A stretch of 63,976 nucleotides of DNA, the filler included, from Sanchytrium tribonematis (Eukaryota), in NCBI GenBank assembly GCA_018985235.1. It is 8 parts of 8 records of this genome, joined end to end, with 100 filler letters (N's around TTAATTAATTAA, not from the genome) between each part and the next. Parts side by side here need not be neighbours in the genome. Positions count along the whole stretch, not along the records: positions 41,201 to 49,325 come from JADGIG010000394.1; positions 49,426 to 57,543 come from JADGIG010000395.1; 6 more parts are not named here. One strand, 5' to 3'. Each line of letters starts with the position of its first letter. Position 1 is the first letter of the stretch. Positions 41,344 to 53,600 of the stretch are shown here, one piece after another. Below the pieces are notes generated by a model, which saw nothing but the letters and a program-made list of their open reading frames with translations, ran no database searches and was not told the DNA's origin. The position numbers were made by a program, and so were the translations under genes.

Positions 41344-43120
41344 ATGAATTTCTTTGCAACGACTTACAAGAAGGATGACAGCATCCCGCTAACAGTCAAT
41401 GCAATTTCTAGCCGTAAGAATTTATTATCGTATGACTACTACGATTCAAGACTTCACCATTGTGAACCTGCAAACAAGCAACTACAGGAAGAAAATTTAG
41501 GTGCTATTCTTTTTGGAGACAGGATTTATAATTCCAATTTTAAAATCACTATGCTAAATTCTAAAGAATGTGAACTGCTTTGTGAAGAAACCATAGGAGC
41601 TGAGGATTTTGGTTTTGTAATGAATTTAATAGAGGGACAGTACACAAACAACTGGTATATTGACCAACTACCGGTGCGAATATCCGAAAAAGCGAATACA
41701 AACAAATTAGAATTTTTAATTGGCAAAAAAGAAAATGAAGATTCAGCCAAGTTATTTAACCATTTTAGTTTAAACATTCAATATGTAACTGCAAGCGATG
41801 GATATCAAATTGTTGGAGCTTTTGTTGATCCAAAATCGGTATATAATGATCAGCAAAATTGTGGATCAAAAAGAAATTTTCCAATTCGTATCTATCGTAA
41901 TCGTAAAACGTCATTTCATTATTCCTATTCCGTTAATTTCGAAGAACGAACAGATATTGACTGGAGTCATAGATGGGATCAGTACCATCAAGCTGATTCC
42001 CTAAGCAATGTGCATTGGTTTTCTTTGATTTTTTCTTGCATTATTGTTTTCTTTTTATTGATTTTCGTAGGCATGGTACTTATAAAAAGTTTGAGAAATG
42101 ATATTGCGAAATATAATAGATTGAACGATCTGTCTGAAGAAGAAAGTGGATGGAAAGTACTTCACACTGAAGTTTTTAGAAATCCCGAGAGTAAGTCACT
42201 ATTGGCAATTCTTATCGGAAATGGTATTCAGCTGGGATTGATGGTCGGAGTTACTCTGATTTTTGCTGTCTTTGGATTTCTATCACCTGAAAAGCGTGGA
42301 CAACTTTTCACAATTGCGATTATATTTTATTTGCTATTTTCCGTTGTAGCAGGCTATTTAAATTCAAGAATTTATAAAATGTTTGGTGGAAAAGAATGGA
42401 AGTCAAATGCGATTCTAGGAGCTTTATTAGTTCCAGGATCCTATTTTCTATCTGTGCTACTTTTGAATTTTTTCTTGATATCAGCGCATTCTTCAAGTGC
42501 TGTTCCATTTGGGGCCATTTTAACTTTGTTTACATTATGGATTTTTGTAAGCACCCCATTAAATTTCTTAGGCGTTTTTTTGGGATTAAGAAAAGAGCGT
42601 ATCCTTGCTCCTGTGAGAACAAATCAAATCCCTCGGCAAATTCCAAGAGCTTCTTGGAGCCTTCGCCAGGTTCCATCATTTTTAATTTCCGGAATACTTC
42701 CATTTGGTTGTATATCAATTGAAACATATTTTCTTTTGAAATCAATTTGGTCAAATGAAATATATTATGTATTTGGCTTTATATATGTTGTGTATATCAT
42801 TCTTTTGACAACAAGTTCACTTATTTCTCTTCTCATGTGTTATGTTCAACTTTGTAACGAAAACCACTCATGGCAATGGCGCTCGTTCTACATCGGAGGA
42901 TCGTCAAGTTTTTACTTAATGGTGTTTTCAATTATTTATTACATCAAATTTATAAAAGCCTCTTCTTTCAGTTCAGCTGTGCTTTATTTTGGCTGGTCTG
43001 TTCTAATTTCTTTAACTTTATTTTTGATTACGGGTACAGCTTATTTATGAAGGATCGTTTGCATATTTCTTTTGTTTGATTTTTGTACGGAAAATTTATT
43101 CATCAGTAAAAATAGATTAG
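41344..43120 (+). CDS. EMP70: TM9SF/Emp70 nonaspanin; exons 41344-43033 and 43053-43120, 585 aa
   Basis: ENLGAILFGDRI, VHWFS, EESGWK, PVRTNQIPRQIP; splicing restores the conserved ..FVRKIYSSVKID* end. Confidence 0.95.
43034..43052 (+). other. 19-nt spliceosomal intron
   Basis: gtacagcttatttatgaag; removal gives ITG-SFAYFFCLIFVRKIYSSVKID. Confidence 0.92.
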
Positions 43121-43123
43121 CGC

Positions 43124-45974
43124 TTATTTCTTCCTTTTTTTCCGAGGTGCTTCTTCCTCGTCGCCGAGACGCATTCGTTTTCTATCGTCGTCTTCACGTG
43201 CCTTTTCTTCCAATTCATCCCAATCTAAGCCTTCTTCGCTGACTTCGCTTGCACTGACATCACTCTCTTGGGCACTGACATCACTTTCATAGCTCTCGCT
43301 ACTTTCAACTTCCTCCTCTTCGTCAGACAAGTCCTGCGCGTTTTCAAATTCGCTTCCACTTTCACTGGAATCCCCACCAGCATCACTTTGTTCTTGTAAA
43401 AATTCCCAACCACCATCTTCGAAAAATCCTTGTGGGCTTTCTCGGACAGTTTTCATAATTGCGGTCCAATTTAAAGATACAGGGCCCTCGGTAAAAGCTA
43501 TATTACAAGTGCTAAATAAATAAAAAGTACTCTAGCCACTCTCTAACCATTTCTAATTCAGTAGTAGGAATTGCTGTAATCTGAGTTATAGGCAGTGTGA
43601 AATCACGATAAATTATAACCATATCAAAATTTTTAAGGCCAAATTGAACTCTTTCCAAATGGACGACTTCGATCTCACGAATAGGAACTACTAAAAATGG
43701 AGGGTCTGTGAGATGTACTAAAAAATCACTAGTAGGTTGCATCAGAACAGAAGTTCGAAATGGTACACCTGTAAAGCCAAGTTCCCTAAAAGGGACGTCA
43801 ATTTCGACCGTATTTCCGCTCAATTCAACAATCTTTTCTCCAAATTGTTTGAACTCTCGATTGAGCTTGGCCTTTCTTCTCTTTTCCTCCTGCTCTTCTT
43901 CAAATTCATCATCAGCATACATTCCTCTTCTTCTTAATTGTGTTTCATCGTTCCCTTCACTTGTTTCTCTATAGAATTGAACATTCCTAGTTTTTTTCTT
44001 ATTAATCATAATGTGATCTTTGAGATAACAATGTAAAATAACGTAATTCTCATTATCACAAGGTTGAAAGAACATTACTTCAATATTACTAAACAGAATA
44101 TCTACCTTTGAGTTATTAAGCTCGCTTTTATATCGTAGTCCGTTGCTATGAATTTCCAGAGGCGACGAGACCTGCTTTCCCTCAGGTTTAGGTCTACATA
44201 GTACATCGCGTAGTCCCAAAGGTCTTCTACCCTTAACCTCAATTAATTTATCTTGTTCCACCAAATTGGCTTTGTCTTTCTGTTCAGCTTCTTTTTTTGA
44301 GACATTCCGTTTCAAATCAGTTATTTCCTTATAGATAGAATTAAATCGAACAGCATCTGAAGATCGGAAGGTCAAGGATCGCACAAATGTTGCACTGGAA
44401 TCTTCGTACGGAACCTCGTCTTTCTTTGAAACCTGGCCAGGTGTGATAAAATTTAAACGCAAATAAACATAGTCACTCTCTTCATTTTTTGAAATATTCT
44501 TTAATGTAGTTATGTGAAATGGTACGACTGTTCCACAAATTGGCAATAAAATGCTCTCGTTTCTAGTATCCACCATAATTTTCATTTTTATAGTCTCTCG
44601 TGGAAGCTGGTAGTCTCTTTTGTAGCTGTCAAATTTTTTCACGGCAGGCTGGTCGTTTTCTTGATCACCCGTAGCATCTCCTTTTCTGTGTCTTTTGAGA
44701 CCACGCTCTTGGACTTCAGCATAAAGTTGCTTTTGATGTATTCGGCGTTCTTGCTGTTTGCTTAGATCATCTTCCTGAACTCCACCATGGCGGGTTCTCT
44801 TGCGAGTGCCATTCATATTTCCAAAATCTAGATCCTTTTTGGTCATTTCTAGAGTCATGAACGACAGATCATATGGTAAATTGGTAAGCCTGCGCGATGA
44901 GGATGTCTCCACCACAATCGTGTCAGCCAGATATAAACTGTATGTCATATCTTTATCTCTTAAATTATTTAAACCCATAGTTAAGGTGAAAACCATGCCA
45001 GCTTCAATTTCTGCCTCACAATCACTTTTGAATTGATAATTTTTGTCCCTAAATTCTATGCCAAGCATAAATCCCAGACTTTTCAGAATGTGTGTTTCTA
45101 AGTTTTCATGTTTTTGACGGATGTATGCAACAAATTTTGTATAGATAGAACTACAGATGGCTCCTGGAACGATATTACTGAGCGCATACTCAAAAAGTTC
45201 GACCAAAATTCCATACATTTGAGTCTGTTGTTGTGTAGGTGCAGGAAGAAACGTTCTAGCTATGTTTGTGCAATAAGCCTGGTTACGGATTCCTAATTGC
45301 AGTACTACCGGGTATTCTTGATCCAAAAAGGATGAATTACTGACAGCAGAAGGTTTCAAATTGTATTCAGAAGTTTGGACAATAGGCAAGTAACAAAATT
45401 CTGAATCGGGAAATTGCTTTTCAATTAGTCTAGCTAATTGCATATGAGTGATTTTTCGCTTCAAATCTCCAAGAACATTTTTTGCTAACTTTATAGCATC
45501 GTCGACATCACTGCAGGCCTTGGCAATGTATCCGATCTCATCGTTTGTTTTAATGCTCAGATATTTGGATACAAAATCTTGCAAATCTTGAGAGTCTTTT
45601 CTCTGCAACCAGCTCTGAACTTTTTGAACAACAGTGTCGTCACTAGATTCACTCAGCACTCCGATTGTAGAAGGCAAATTTGCCAAATATTCGTCAATAT
45701 TTGAATAATCCTTTTCACGAGTTACGCATGAACCGAATGGTTCTAAAAGCTTACATTTTTTCGAAGATGCGTAAACCCTGAATTCAGTTTGAGAAACAAA
45801 CATCAAAGTATCCGGAAATTCATATTGCAACAACTTGACTTGTAAGGCTGATGTCTTTTGGTATGCAGCTTGAGACTTTCCATGTACAATAAGAATGTTG
45901 GGCATGCCATTATTTTTCAAGGCATCTTGCAAGTCTTTGAGCTCTTTGTGCACATGAGTCGCAGATATTGACAT
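43124..45974 (-). CDS. SPT16: FACT complex subunit Spt16; exons 45974-43531 and 43511-43124, 943 aa
   Basis: [30 protein letters not shown]; splicing restores [33 protein letters not shown] and the acidic tail. Confidence 0.96.
43512..43530 (-). other. 19-nt spliceosomal intron
   Basis: gtactttttatttatttag, phase 2 (GA|C = Asp). Confidence 0.93.
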
Positions 45975-46001
45975 ACCCGTGTATGGAAAATTTTGATAGA
46001 T

Positions 46002-46397
46002 TTATTTTTTAGGCCTTTTTGCTCCATACTTTGAGCGAGAGGTAATCCTACCTTCTACACCAACACAGTCCAGGGTTCCTCTACAAACAGTGTAATTAAC
46101 TCCGGGTAAATCTTTTGGACCTTTTCCTCTTATCAGAACAACAGCGTGTTCCTGAAGGGAATGACCAATACCAGGAATGTATGCCAAAACAGATCTTCCA
46201 GTAGAAAGACGAACTCTGGCGACTTTTCGATTTGCAGAATTAGGTTTCTTTGGACTTTGAATTAAAATTTGAGTTATGACTGCTTTCTTTTGTGGACACA
46301 AATTTAGGGCTGGTGAATTTGGCTTATTTGGAAAAGATTTCCGGATTCCTCTTATACACTGATTTAAAGTTGCTGCCAAAGATCTTGTAGATAGCAT
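46002..46397 (-). CDS. MRPS12: Mitochondrial ribosomal protein uS12m (nuclear encoded)
   Basis: [41 protein letters not shown]; presequence-like MLSTRSL. Confidence 0.92.
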   Translation of the reverse strand: MLSTRSLAATLNQCIRGIRKSFPNKPNSPALNLCPQKKAVITQILIQSPKKPNSANRKVARVRLSTGRSVLAYIPGIGHSLQEHAVVLIRGKGPKDLPGVNYTVCRGTLDCVGVEGRITSRSKYGAKRPKK

Positions 46398-46445
46398 TTC
46401 AGAATTTAAAATTGTGAGTGTATCAACACAAGAGGGGTTCTTAAG

Positions 46446-47292
46446 ATGACAAATCATTATGAACTATTTAAGAAACTTGGTGATTTAGACAGAAAAACTG
46501 TACCAACTATTGCCCCACAACACAAGGACAAAAATCGCTATTCCGACGTCCTACCTTACGATTTTAATCTAATTCAAGATATTCCATTTTATTTCAATGC
46601 CAGTATTATGAAAATTAGCGGCTTAAATACGGGATTTATTGCCACCCAAGGACCCATACCAAATACTTTTTCTGATTTTTGGAAAGTTTTGCATATTAAA
46701 GATATCAAAACTATTGTGATGCTAGTTGACGCGACACCTTTAGAAAGTCATAAAGTAGGAAATTGTCATGTCTATTGGCCAGAACAAGAACCATTTATAT
46801 CTGACAATGTAAATGTTCGTTTATTATCCAAATATATCTTATCTGAAAATTCTACAATTAAAAACAAATGTGATAATGTTATTGTGCGGACTTTTGAAAT
46901 TGATTATGATAACACAAAAAAAGTTGTTGAGCAGTTTCATTATCAGAATTGGGTTGACCGAAGCATTGTCGATAAATTGGAATTATTTCAATTTGTGAAA
47001 TTTTTTAATGAGTATATGGTTTTAAATAAAATGACCACTGATCCAATTGTACACTGTAGTGCTGGATGTGGGAGAACTGGAGTTTTCATTAACATTTACA
47101 CCGCCTACCTTCGCCTTCTTTCAAAATCTAGTAATATTGAAATTTTAACAAGCGATATCATAGAGTTCAGAAGTCAAAGAAGATATTTTGTTCAAACATT
47201 GGTATTATCAACTAATTAAGAAGCAACTAGACTTTATTTACGACATTTATTTGGAAATGGATAAAATGTTGAATGGCCAAGGAGAAAACTAA
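46446..47292 (+). CDS. Classical protein tyrosine phosphatase; exons 46446-47201 and 47221-47292, 275 aa
   Basis: [31 protein letters not shown] loop reads WVD; splicing restores Q-loop VQTLKQLDFIY. Confidence 0.92.
47202..47220 (+). other. 19-nt spliceosomal intron
   Basis: gtattatcaactaattaag with CTAAT branch motif; phase 0. Confidence 0.92.
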
Positions 47293-48484
47293 AAAAGGAA
47301 ACAAAAAAGCTGAAAAAGCAATAAATGAATTCAATATTTATAAACAACAAGATATGAAGTCTCAAAATGAATTATTGAATTTTGAGATAGATTTAGAATC
47401 TAAATTGTTGACTTTATCAGAAGTTAGAATGAAATATATCAAGGACACTACCAAAAATATTGAAGTTTGGAGGAATTCAAAGAATTCCACTAACTTGGTA
47501 AATCTCAAAACTAAATATGATAAATTGGAATTTGAAGCCGTTAATTTTGTGGATGTGACGCAAGAAAGATGTATATCGAACCTACTGGAAAGGCAAGAAA
47601 TCTCTCGAGAAGAGTTTGATGATTTGTTTGTAGATTTTTTACTTTTTCAACCTACTGAAATATCAGAATTCCAAGCACAATGTATTAGAAGGTACTTGCT
47701 TGGTGTTTCAAATTCAATTTATTCTTTTCCAATTGAAAATTTTGCAAATTTCGAATTCTTGCTGGTCCAAAACCACAATGTAAAGCGTTTACTCGATATT
47801 TTATGCGGCAAATTTATAAAAAAAGTTTTGATAATGAAAAACTTGAAGAAGGAATGGCATTCAAATTTGTCTATATTCAAATCAGCAGATGTGTTGATCT
47901 ATAATTTGTTAGATCTTAAAATTTTGGATTTTGAAAAAATAATAGCTCACCAAAACATTATGGTACTCTTAATTGAGTCTGTAGGGTTGACTGACACGTT
48001 TGAAGTTGTTAAAGACCAAAGTAGCTGCAAACTTATTTTACCCAACCAAAATGCATTAACTTTAACCACAGATAGAAAGTCGACAGATATTAAGCCCCTG
48101 GACGATCTAACATTTGGAATTGGCCTACTTGCTCTAATTTCGTCCAGTTTAAAATTCAAAAGGCTTTCGGAAATACATATTTCTTATTTGCTAGAAATAG
48201 AATTTGGAGATACTCATTTTTCTAAAATTTGTGAATATTTACAAATAAATCAAACCAAAAGTAATAGCAAGATACTCGTCGTAGAGTATACACCAGATTT
48301 TTTATGTGTAGGGAAAAGTGTTTTGATGTGCAAGGTTTCAAGTGGAGACAGCGAACTATTCATCCATATTTCAGGACTGCTTGAAATCTCGTTCAAGGCG
48401 GTCGAAGCAATGGGGTTGCAGGTGGAAGATTTGGGTATTGACTCTGACGCAATTGGAAGCAAATTGATCGAATACATCAAATAA
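47273..48484 (+). CDS. Hypothetical protein (403 aa)
   Basis: Long ORF filling the gap between conserved genes; family not recognised. Confidence 0.65.
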   Translation: MAKEKTKKGNKKAEKAINEFNIYKQQDMKSQNELLNFEIDLESKLLTLSEVRMKYIKDTTKNIEVWRNSKNSTNLVNLKTKYDKLEFEAVNFVDVTQERCISNLLERQEISREEFDDLFVDFLLFQPTEISEFQAQCIRRYLLGVSNSIYSFPIENFANFEFLLVQNHNVKRLLDILCGKFIKKVLIMKNLKKEWHSNLSIFKSADVLIYNLLDLKILDFEKIIAHQNIMVLLIESVGLTDTFEVVKDQSSCKLILPNQNALTLTTDRKSTDIKPLDDLTFGIGLLALISSSLKFKRLSEIHISYLLEIEFGDTHFSKICEYLQINQTKSNSKILVVEYTPDFLCVGKSVLMCKVSSGDSELFIHISGLLEISFKAVEAMGLQVEDLGIDSDAIGSKLIEYIK

Positions 48485-48494
48485 AGCGCAAACA

Positions 48495-49223
48495 TTAAAT
48501 TGTTTTCTTCTTTCGCTTCACGAGGTTACTCAAATCATTGGCAGTGTCGAATTTTCTCTTGGCAGAAGCCCTGTCATTTACAAAGTTGTCAAATCCCTGC
48601 AGTTCAAATTTTTTAAATTCGAAAGTGCTACTTTTAATAGATGGGTTTTTGCGCACTTTGTCTATCAAGCCGGAAAATTTCGAAGAAGACAGACTGATAT
48701 AACTCAATGCAATTTGGTCTTTTATATCAATACTTAAAGAAAAACAGCCAACGTATTCTGTCATTTCATCCCAATTTTTGCTTGGATCATCAATTCCGTC
48801 AGACTTAAAGTCATATCTTGGAAATGCATGAAAATCGATACCCGAAGGTAGATTGTATGATGTTTCGATTTCGTTTGGCACATAGAAACTACCAGTTGCA
48901 TTTAACTTGCTGAAAAAGTTTATCCACCAAGTTATCAAACCTTGTGGATTCATAATCACTCTAGCAGGATCATGAAATAAATATTCACTAGGCTTAGATG
49001 AGAGGTACAATCTTTTGTCTTGCATTTCGCTTTTCAATATAGTCACAAGAAGAAAAGAGGTACAATACTTTTTTGCAAATTTTGTACTGTCCACTTTGTC
49101 AATGAAAATCTTGTCTTTGTATACATGTATGAGTACTCCTACGCAAATTTGATCGTTATCTATTAAATAATATAGTTTAGAATTAAATATTTTGCCGCTT
49201 TTTTCAAAAGCCATGAGTTTCAT
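48495..49223 (-). CDS. RTT109: Reduced Rtt109-like histone H3K56 acetyltransferase
   Basis: IFIDKVDST (cf. SKADT), EYLF..LITWW, basic C-terminus NDLSNLVKRKKK; much shorter than yeast Rtt109. Confidence 0.6.
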   Translation of the reverse strand: MKLMAFEKSGKIFNSKLYYLIDNDQICVGVLIHVYKDKIFIDKVDSTKFAKKYCTSFLLVTILKSEMQDKRLYLSSKPSEYLFHDPARVIMNPQGLITWWINFFSKLNATGSFYVPNEIETSYNLPSGIDFHAFPRYDFKSDGIDDPSKNWDEMTEYVGCFSLSIDIKDQIALSYISLSSSKFSGLIDKVRKNPSIKSSTFEFKKFELQGFDNFVNDRASAKRKFDTANDLSNLVKRKKKTI

Positions 49224-49325
49224 TTCGACAAGAAACGGGGAGGAAATGGAAAATTTACTGGTACAAATTCAACAACCATTGACACCCCTGCCAGCAGTTG
49301 AACATGTATACAAAATCAAAAATGA

Positions 49326-49425
49326 NNNNNNNNNNNNNNNNNNNNNNNNNNNNNNNNNNNNNNNNNNNNTTAATTAATTAANNNNNNNNNNNNNNNNNNN
49401 NNNNNNNNNNNNNNNNNNNNNNNNN
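49326..49425. other. Artificial contig linker
   Basis: N44-TTAATTAATTAA-N44. Confidence 0.98.
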
Positions 49426-49427
49426 GA

Positions 49428-49757
49428 CTAACAATCCTTGTTTTTATATATTTTGTGTAAATAAATCCATTCATTGTAAATGTATTGTTCAAATAACTCC
49501 TTATTACCAGGCCAAGCAACTGTCCCCTTACATTTAGAACGAGCAATACTGACTGTCATAACAGAACCAGGGAATTTAAAGTCTTTCGTTTGACTTTTGA
49601 AAAAGGTTGATAAATCTTTTGTCAATTCTTGTTCGCTGTAGCCCGCATTTGTAATATCAACATACGTTTTAGCAATTATTGGGGCCTTATTTCCTGATTG
49701 TAACTTAAGGTTGAGTGTGTAAGCTGCTGCAAATAAAAGTGATAAAAACGCAATCAT
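49428..49757 (-). CDS. Small secreted protein
   Basis: MIAFLSLLFAAAY; N-terminus paralogous to the gene starting at 55723. Confidence 0.7.
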   Translation of the reverse strand: MIAFLSLLFAAAYTLNLKLQSGNKAPIIAKTYVDITNAGYSEQELTKDLSTFFKSQTKDFKFPGSVMTVSIARSKCKGTVAWPGNKELFEQYIYNEWIYLHKIYKNKDC

Positions 49758-49935
49758 GTACAGTCAAACTGTGATTTCCTTTTTATACTCATGTGCAAGT
49801 CAATTCAAGAGATTGAACCAATCTGGTACATCCATAAATTAAAAAATTTCATTTGCAAGTTGACTTGTGCTTGTCAGCTAAATGACATGTCAGTCCATTA
49901 TTTATTCAATTTGATTCTGATAAAATCATTTATAT

Positions 49936-50226
49936 TTATTGAATGTCTTGACAACCACCCTTGTTGTATTTTGTGACAAATGATTGATATGCAATCATGA
50001 TATATGTCAAAAATCTATCTTTGTTTTTATGCCATTTAATCGTACGGTGACAAGTTCCAACTGTAATAGCTACTAGTTTTTCACTTGATCCAATATAATT
50101 TGATATTCTCTTTCTAATTCTAGTCCAATCAGTTGATTTTGGTAATACATCTGATGGGAGTGGATTTCTATTTACTTGTTTTATAACAATGAGATGTGCT
50201 GCAAATATGAGTTTGAAATAGATCAT
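49936..50226 (-). CDS. Small secreted basic protein
   Basis: MIYFKLIFAA; C..T(I/V).W..NK..F..YI pattern shared with 49428-49757. Confidence 0.6.
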   Translation of the reverse strand: MIYFKLIFAAHLIVIKQVNRNPLPSDVLPKSTDWTRIRKRISNYIGSSEKLVAITVGTCHRTIKWHKNKDRFLTYIMIAYQSFVTKYNKGGCQDIQ

Positions 50227-50633
50227 GGATTGTGAGATGGGGTCATTTGATATATGACTTGCTCAATTTATGGAACCAATTAAAAGTGTTGCAATTCATT
50301 TGCAATCAATTTGTATTTGCTGGTGAAATGATCGATTAAGTGTCAACTCAAGTGAAACTGGAAAGCCAATAAATCAATTTATTTTAAAGGATGGCATTGT
50401 TGTAATGTTGAAAGTAACGTGGATGCTTGTTTAATTTCATTGGTGATATCCTTATCGTTACAACTCCCTCCAGATAAAAAGACATTTAAAACCACTGTTT
50501 TGCCAGAAGGTGACTCTTTGTCAATTGAGGATTCACTTTCAATCTCATTTGCAATATCTTCAAGATCTTGAGTATTTTTAACACTACTATCCATTTCACC
50601 TTGTAAGAAATAATATTTCTTATTTGCTGACTC

Positions 50634-50647
50634 ATATGGTTTTGTAT
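50634..50647 (+). repeat. Target-site duplication, left copy (atatggttttgtat)
   Basis: Identical 14-mer at 55580-55593. Confidence 0.9.
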
Positions 50648-53600
50648 ATAACACGGAGTATTACTGTAAAAAATGTCCTCCAGTAAAAATGTTATAAAGA
50701 AACCCCCAGGCCCTCTGCAGCCCGCAAACCTAGCAGAAATGGTTGACCCGAAGCAACTACAATGGTTATGTTGTCTAAAAGTCCAATCAACAATGTACAG
50801 AACAACTATGAGTGGATTGCCAGATACAAATCATATGCGACGCCAATTACTGAAAAAAGCAAAGATTAAGTCTGAAAATGTACGAAGATTTGAGTTTATT
50901 CATAATTGTAGATATTTGGAAGTCATCTGCACTCAAAGAGTTTTAGAGAAGATTCTAGAATATTTGAAAATAGAACTAGGAGGTACCCCTATTCAAATGG
51001 GAAGTTGGATCAAATTTATTAAATCACCTGGAAACAAATCATTATTCAAAAATGAAATTCTACGTCTTAAAGAAGATATGTTTGATGTCTCGTTGTCTAT
51101 CTTTAGTGAAACAAGATATGAAAATGATGTTACTAAGCTACTCGGCATTTTATGTGGTCAATTCGACACCAAATTTAACTATAAAGTACACATGAAACGT
51201 GTCAAAACCCAAATTGAAGAGGAAATGGTTAAAAAGGTACCAATCAAGAAACCACAATGTACCATTACATCGGATGCAGATGATGATGAGATGTTGGCCT
51301 TGATGACGGATTTAAATAGCCACAGTGTTGCTAATAAACATAAAGCAGACAAAATGGATGAAGATTTGGAAAGTTTGGACTTAAATACAACACCACCTGG
51401 AACTCATAATGATAAAAAGCGCAAATTGACTGATGATAGTCAGGTTTTAATCAGTTTTAACTTGACAAAGAATGGTCACCTAAACTATGAAACATGTGTC
51501 GAACAGTCAACAATTTACGACATCTGTGAAACATTTGATTACACCTACTTGATTTACAATCTGAAGAATACAAAGGATTTGCAACAAGAGGTGATTGGAG
51601 GAAGCTCAATTACAATAACTACTTGTGATTTGATTCACACAATCAAAGTTTCATTGTTTGAAGTGAATTATGATTTATTCGTACCTTCTGGTACTTTAGC
51701 TGGTCATATCATTCCTCCTTTGTACTGTGACACTGAAAAGTATTCAATCAAGATTGATAACTTGCCAATGACAGAAAATGATATGTTGCTTGATGATTTG
51801 AAAAGTGTTACTATTAGCTTAGTAAATAGTATTCAAACTTATCTTTGTGAAAAATCTCTATTTCTATACAATAACGAGTTTAAATTACATCAAGAAATCC
51901 AATGTTTCAAATACTTTGATAAGTGTCTATCTATAGTGCTCAATAATATTCAAATATTCATTTATTTTATTTTTTGGTGCCACTTGCTACCAACCAATGC
52001 CTTTAAAGTTCAATTTGGTGGTCAGAGTATCATTTTAGATGAGCCAGTGCATCTTGTACAGGATATTGCCATCTCTCTTTCTGCTAGGGGTATAGCTGCA
52101 GGAAATATCATATATAATGGTGATCAACTACCAATGGGTGAAACAATTACACCAGAGCATAGTGGTAGTGTCTATTACAAATTAAAGACACCTAATGAAT
52201 TAACAACTGTAACCACTAAAAATCGTAGTCTCAGAATTCTAGGATGGAATATTTGTGGTATCAAGCATAACGTCAACGACTTATTAGCTATCATTCAAGC
52301 ATTCGATTTAGATTTACTATTCTTGAGTGAATGCAAAGTTGCTCATGATTTTAAATTACCAACTAATTTTATTTATTATAACAAATCCAACTCTCCTTAT
52401 GGATGTGCTGTAGTATACAATAGTGAAAGATACTCTAGTGGAGATATAAACATAATTGGAAGTGAATATCACCTGCTCTTGAAATTGGAGTCTGTTGATA
52501 TTCTCTATGTTTATCGCAAACTCAGCACCAATTGTGTTGAATGGTATCACTCAATAAGACCAATGATATCCAATCAGGTGTTTTTATTCGGTGATATTAA
52601 TGTAAATACACTCCTCCCTTTGAATGTAAATCAATTGACCATGTTCGATCTCATGGCAATGGATGGATTATTTCATTTCGATATCGTTAGTGATTATTCA
52701 TTTTTACGAAATGGTGCCATTGGGTACCCAGATTTGGCGTTTTACAAGACCCAAACAAGTTATAAAGTCATTAGTGGCGAGTTCATGGATAGATTTGACA
52801 TATCAGATCATAAAGCAATGATATTTGAACTTGAATTGGATACTGAGAATGTAGTGATATTTCCTAAGATGCCGCGCTGGAATGTTAAGAAATTAAAAGA
52901 CGAACAGGTAGATTTTATCTTCAAACACGAGGAGGATCTAGAAATTATTAAAGACCAACAAGTAATAGAACAATATTTACTTGAATTTGATAATGATAAT
53001 GTACCGGGGCACCAGAGATATTCAGCATGTACCTCATTAGGTGATAAACTGGTAACAATACTCCATAAATCAGCTAATCATGCAATTGGTAAATCCAAGT
53101 TATTCCACGGAATTGACACACAGGTGCTACAAGATGCAACAACAGCACGTCTACGTGGTAACCATGACATAGCCAATCGTATAATTGACCTTTCTAGACG
53201 ACTGGCAATCAAGAAATACAAGCAGAAAGTGGATGATTTGGATTCCTGTCAATTTCTAAAAGTAGTGAATTTAGCCTCTAGAAGAAAAGGAGTGAGTAAA
53301 CAGCATTTAAATCGACTACGACTAGAACACCATTTTGCCCAATGGGATGGTAAATGGGATATGAAGGCTTTAAATCATGATGTATTTATCCCTGTAAAAC
53401 AAACAAATTCAATTTGGTCTGATTATACTTTCCATGAATTTAATACTATTATTAAGAATCTACCGGGTCATAAAGCAAGTGGACCGGATGATGTGCCTAA
53501 CGAGCTTCTTAAACATTCAAATGATCGATTCAAAATGGTGTTACTCAGATTTTTCAATATTATTGGTAAAACCGGAATAGTACCGGATATCTTTCGTTTC

